Source: Acutalibacteraceae bacterium
GTDB lineage: Bacteria; Bacillota; Clostridia; Oscillospirales; Acutalibacteraceae
Direction of reading: 5' to 3'
DNA length: 64,000 nt
Assembly (NCBI GenBank): GCA_045598085.1
Contig: JAZLLI010000037.1
Location: 7,609-71,608, forward strand
In this document: one piece after another, positions 62,067 to 64,000 of the stretch
How the letters are laid out: every line of letters begins with the position of its first letter
Numbering within the stretch: the first letter of the stretch is position 1
Translations under genes and position numbers: made by a program
The notes under the pieces: generated by a model
Seen by the model: the letters and a program-made list of their open reading frames with translations, nothing else
What the model was told of the DNA's origin: nothing
The model's database searches: none

Positions 62067-64000
62067 ATGTACTTACCAATTAGCTGGTTAAAAGATATGG
62101 TTGACCTTGAGGGCATTTCCTCACAGGTTATTGAAGACAGTTTATTCTCATGCGGTCTTGAGGTTGAAGAGAAAAATCCCGTTGCACCCGATATTGAGGG
62201 CGTATATGTTGGTGTTATTAAAGAAATCACTGTTCATCCCGATTCTGACCACATGGTTATCTGCAAGGTTGACTGCGGTGAATTTGGCAGCGACATTCAG
62301 ATTGTTACAGGCGCACCAAATGTAAACGAGGGCGATATTGTTCCCGTTGCTCTTCCCGGTGCTAAGGTTTATGGCAGAAAGAAAGGCGATTCAAACGCTC
62401 CTGCTGAAGTGATGCAGATTAAAAAAGGTAAGCTTCGTGGTGTTGAATCAGACGGTATGCTTTGCTCTGGCGAAGAGCTTGGCATTGATGACAACTGGTA
62501 TGAGGGCGCAGAGGTTTATGGCATTATGATGCTTGGTAAAGACGCTACCCCCGGTATGGATGTTAAGAAATACCTTGGTCTTGACGATGAAGTATGGGAT
62601 ATTTCAGTTACAGCTAACCTGCCCCACTGCCAGTATGTTTATGGTATTGCAAGAGAGCTTGCCGCTTTGCTTGACAGAAAGATTACTCCCCCTGCACTTG
62701 ACTACACAGCAGTTGAGGATGCAAACAACGAAAATGTTACAGTTCAGGTTCTTGCTCCCGACCTTTGCCCCAGATACATTGCACATTTCGTTAAAGATGT
62801 TAAGATTGAGAAATCTCCCCTGTGGATGCGCCGCAGACTGAAGATGTGCGGTATCAACGCTATCAGCACATTTGTTGACATTACAAACTATGTTCTTGTT
62901 GAAATGGGTCAGCCAATGCACGCATTTGATATGTCAAATGTTGCAAAGGATTCTATTATAGTTCGCCGTGCAGAGAATGGCGAAAAAATCATCACCCTTG
63001 ATGAAAAAGAGTTCACACTCACAAGCGAAAATCTTGTTATCTGCGACGGTGAAAAGCCAGTTGCACTTGCAGGCATCATGGGCGGTCTTAATTCAGAAAT
63101 TAAAGACACAACAGAGAATGTTCTTTTTGAATCTGCAAAGTTTGAAAGAGGCAACATCCGCCGCACATCAAGAGCTCTCGGTCAGAGCAGTGATTCTTCA
63201 CGCCGTTTTGAAAAGGGTGTTGATGAATACACAACAGGCATGGCTATGGAGCGTGCACTTCACCTTGTTGAGGAATTAGGCTGCGGCACAGTTTCTGCAA
63301 CTCACATTGACATTGACGCTAACCCATCAAGAGAGAATCAGAAGGTTGAAACAACATTCTCAAAAATTAACGGCGTTCTTGGCATTGAAGTACCGAAAGA
63401 TACTATCGTTGACATTCTCCGCCGTCAGAATTATGAAATCACTGTTGATGGCGACAACATCACAGCCGTTGCGCCTGCATACAGAACAGACATTGAGGGC
63501 TATGCAAACGACCTTGCAGAGGATGTTATCAAGGTTTACGGTTACGAGCACATCGTGCCTAAATTTATGACAAGTGCATCTGTAACAAGCGGTGGACTTA
63601 ATAAGAAGCAGAAAGACATCAACAAGTTTAAGGATTGCCTTGTAAACGAGGGATTCTGCGAGCTTATCAACTATTCTTTCTATTCAACAGATGAGATTGA
63701 CCTGCTCAGACTTCCCGAAGATGCCCCTGAGAGAAATTATGTTAAGATTGATAATCCCCTCAGTGAAAACTACGGCATCATGCGTTCAATCATCACCCCC
63801 TCAATTATCAGAATTCTTTCACACAACATGAAGAGAGGCAACGAGGGCGCAAGAATTTATGAGCTTGCAAACGCATTTGTTCCAAACGAAATCCCTGTTG
63901 CAACAATTCCTGAAGAGAAGCAGAAATTTGCATTCGGTGTTTATGGTGATGACGAGGATTTCTTCACAGCAAAGGGCGTTCTTGACGCTGCCGCTGAGGA
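62067..64000 (+). CDS. pheT: Phenylalanine--tRNA ligase beta subunit, N-terminal part; runs off the right edge
   Basis: Absent from the ORF track (no stop in the window). ATG 62067 after GAGAGGTG. MYLPISWLKDMVDL, tRNA-binding domain VGVIKEITVHPDSDHMVICKVD, then a B3/B4 domain. Confidence 0.9.
   Translation, partial: MYLPISWLKDMVDLEGISSQVIEDSLFSCGLEVEEKNPVAPDIEGVYVGVIKEITVHPDSDHMVICKVDCGEFGSDIQIVTGAPNVNEGDIVPVALPGAKVYGRKKGDSNAPAEVMQIKKGKLRGVESDGMLCSGEELGIDDNWYEGAEVYGIMMLGKDATPGMDVKKYLGLDDEVWDISVTANLPHCQYVYGIARELAALLDRKITPPALDYTAVEDANNENVTVQVLAPDLCPRYIAHFVKDVKIEKSPLWMRRRLKMCGINAISTFVDITNYVLVEMGQPMHAFDMSNVAKDSIIVRRAENGEKIITLDEKEFTLTSENLVICDGEKPVALAGIMGGLNSEIKDTTENVLFESAKFERGNIRRTSRALGQSSDSSRRFEKGVDEYTTGMAMERALHLVEELGCGTVSATHIDIDANPSRENQKVETTFSKINGVLGIEVPKDTIVDILRRQNYEITVDGDNITAVAPAYRTDIEGYANDLAEDVIKVYGYEHIVPKFMTSASVTSGGLNKKQKDINKFKDCLVNEGFCELINYSFYSTDEIDLLRLPEDAPERNYVKIDNPLSENYGIMRSIITPSIIRILSHNMKRGNEGARIYELANAFVPNEIPVATIPEEKQKFAFGVYGDDEDFFTAKGVLDAAAE

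Noticed and set aside
62101-63570. Several 60-105 aa ORFs on both strands.
   Set aside because: All lie inside the open pheT reading frame that starts at 62067 and continues to the window edge.
1-64000. Search for CRISPR arrays, IS elements, prophage or known defence-system genes.
   Set aside because: I noticed no regularly spaced repeats. No transposase, integrase, phage structural, restriction, Cas, toxin-antitoxin or nuclease-NTPase pair appears among the translated ORFs.

Overview
Chromosomal window from a low-GC Gram-positive, Clostridia-like bacterium, judged from gene order, GGAGG-type ribosome-binding sites (RBS) and a T-box leader. I call about 62 protein genes and one tRNA. I found no rRNA, CRISPR array, transposase, integrase or phage gene. 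1-18.6 kb is housekeeping: rbgA, two lepB copies, rplS, a radical-SAM/DUF2344 pair, mutS2, recO, an unannotated yqzL, era, dgkA, ybeY, phoH, zapA, a U32 peptidase, an Xaa-Pro peptidase and apgM. 19.1-44.4 kb is accessory. It starts with a tRNA-Arg(CCG) whose 3' end is repeated 183 nt downstream, around a highly structured non-coding segment. Next comes a cluster of zinc-ribbon, TM2 and DUF2752 membrane proteins next to an XRE regulator. Most of the rest is a large glycan-utilisation region. Its core is an 11-gene minus-strand operon: three metallophosphoesterases, a GPH symporter, a Gfo/Idh/MocA oxidoreductase plus a TIM-barrel isomerase, a serine hydrolase, a clan-A-like glycosidase and surface Big_2/zinc-ribbon proteins. 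This operon is divergent from an unknown 730-aa protein, a GH63-like enzyme and an AraC regulator. 44.4-64 kb returns to core genes (pnp, rpsO, radC, rarA, nfnAB, T-box-pheST). It is interrupted by a TetR-headed cluster: DUF308, an MMPL transporter, a repeat-containing lipoprotein, a PA/M28-like protein, CdsA and a DAG-kinase-family lipid kinase. The three leads I rate highest are the tRNA-3'-end repeat with its structured RNA, the phosphoesterase-rich glycan operon, and the MMPL/lipid-enzyme cluster. All functional calls rest on motifs read by eye from the translations, with no database search run.
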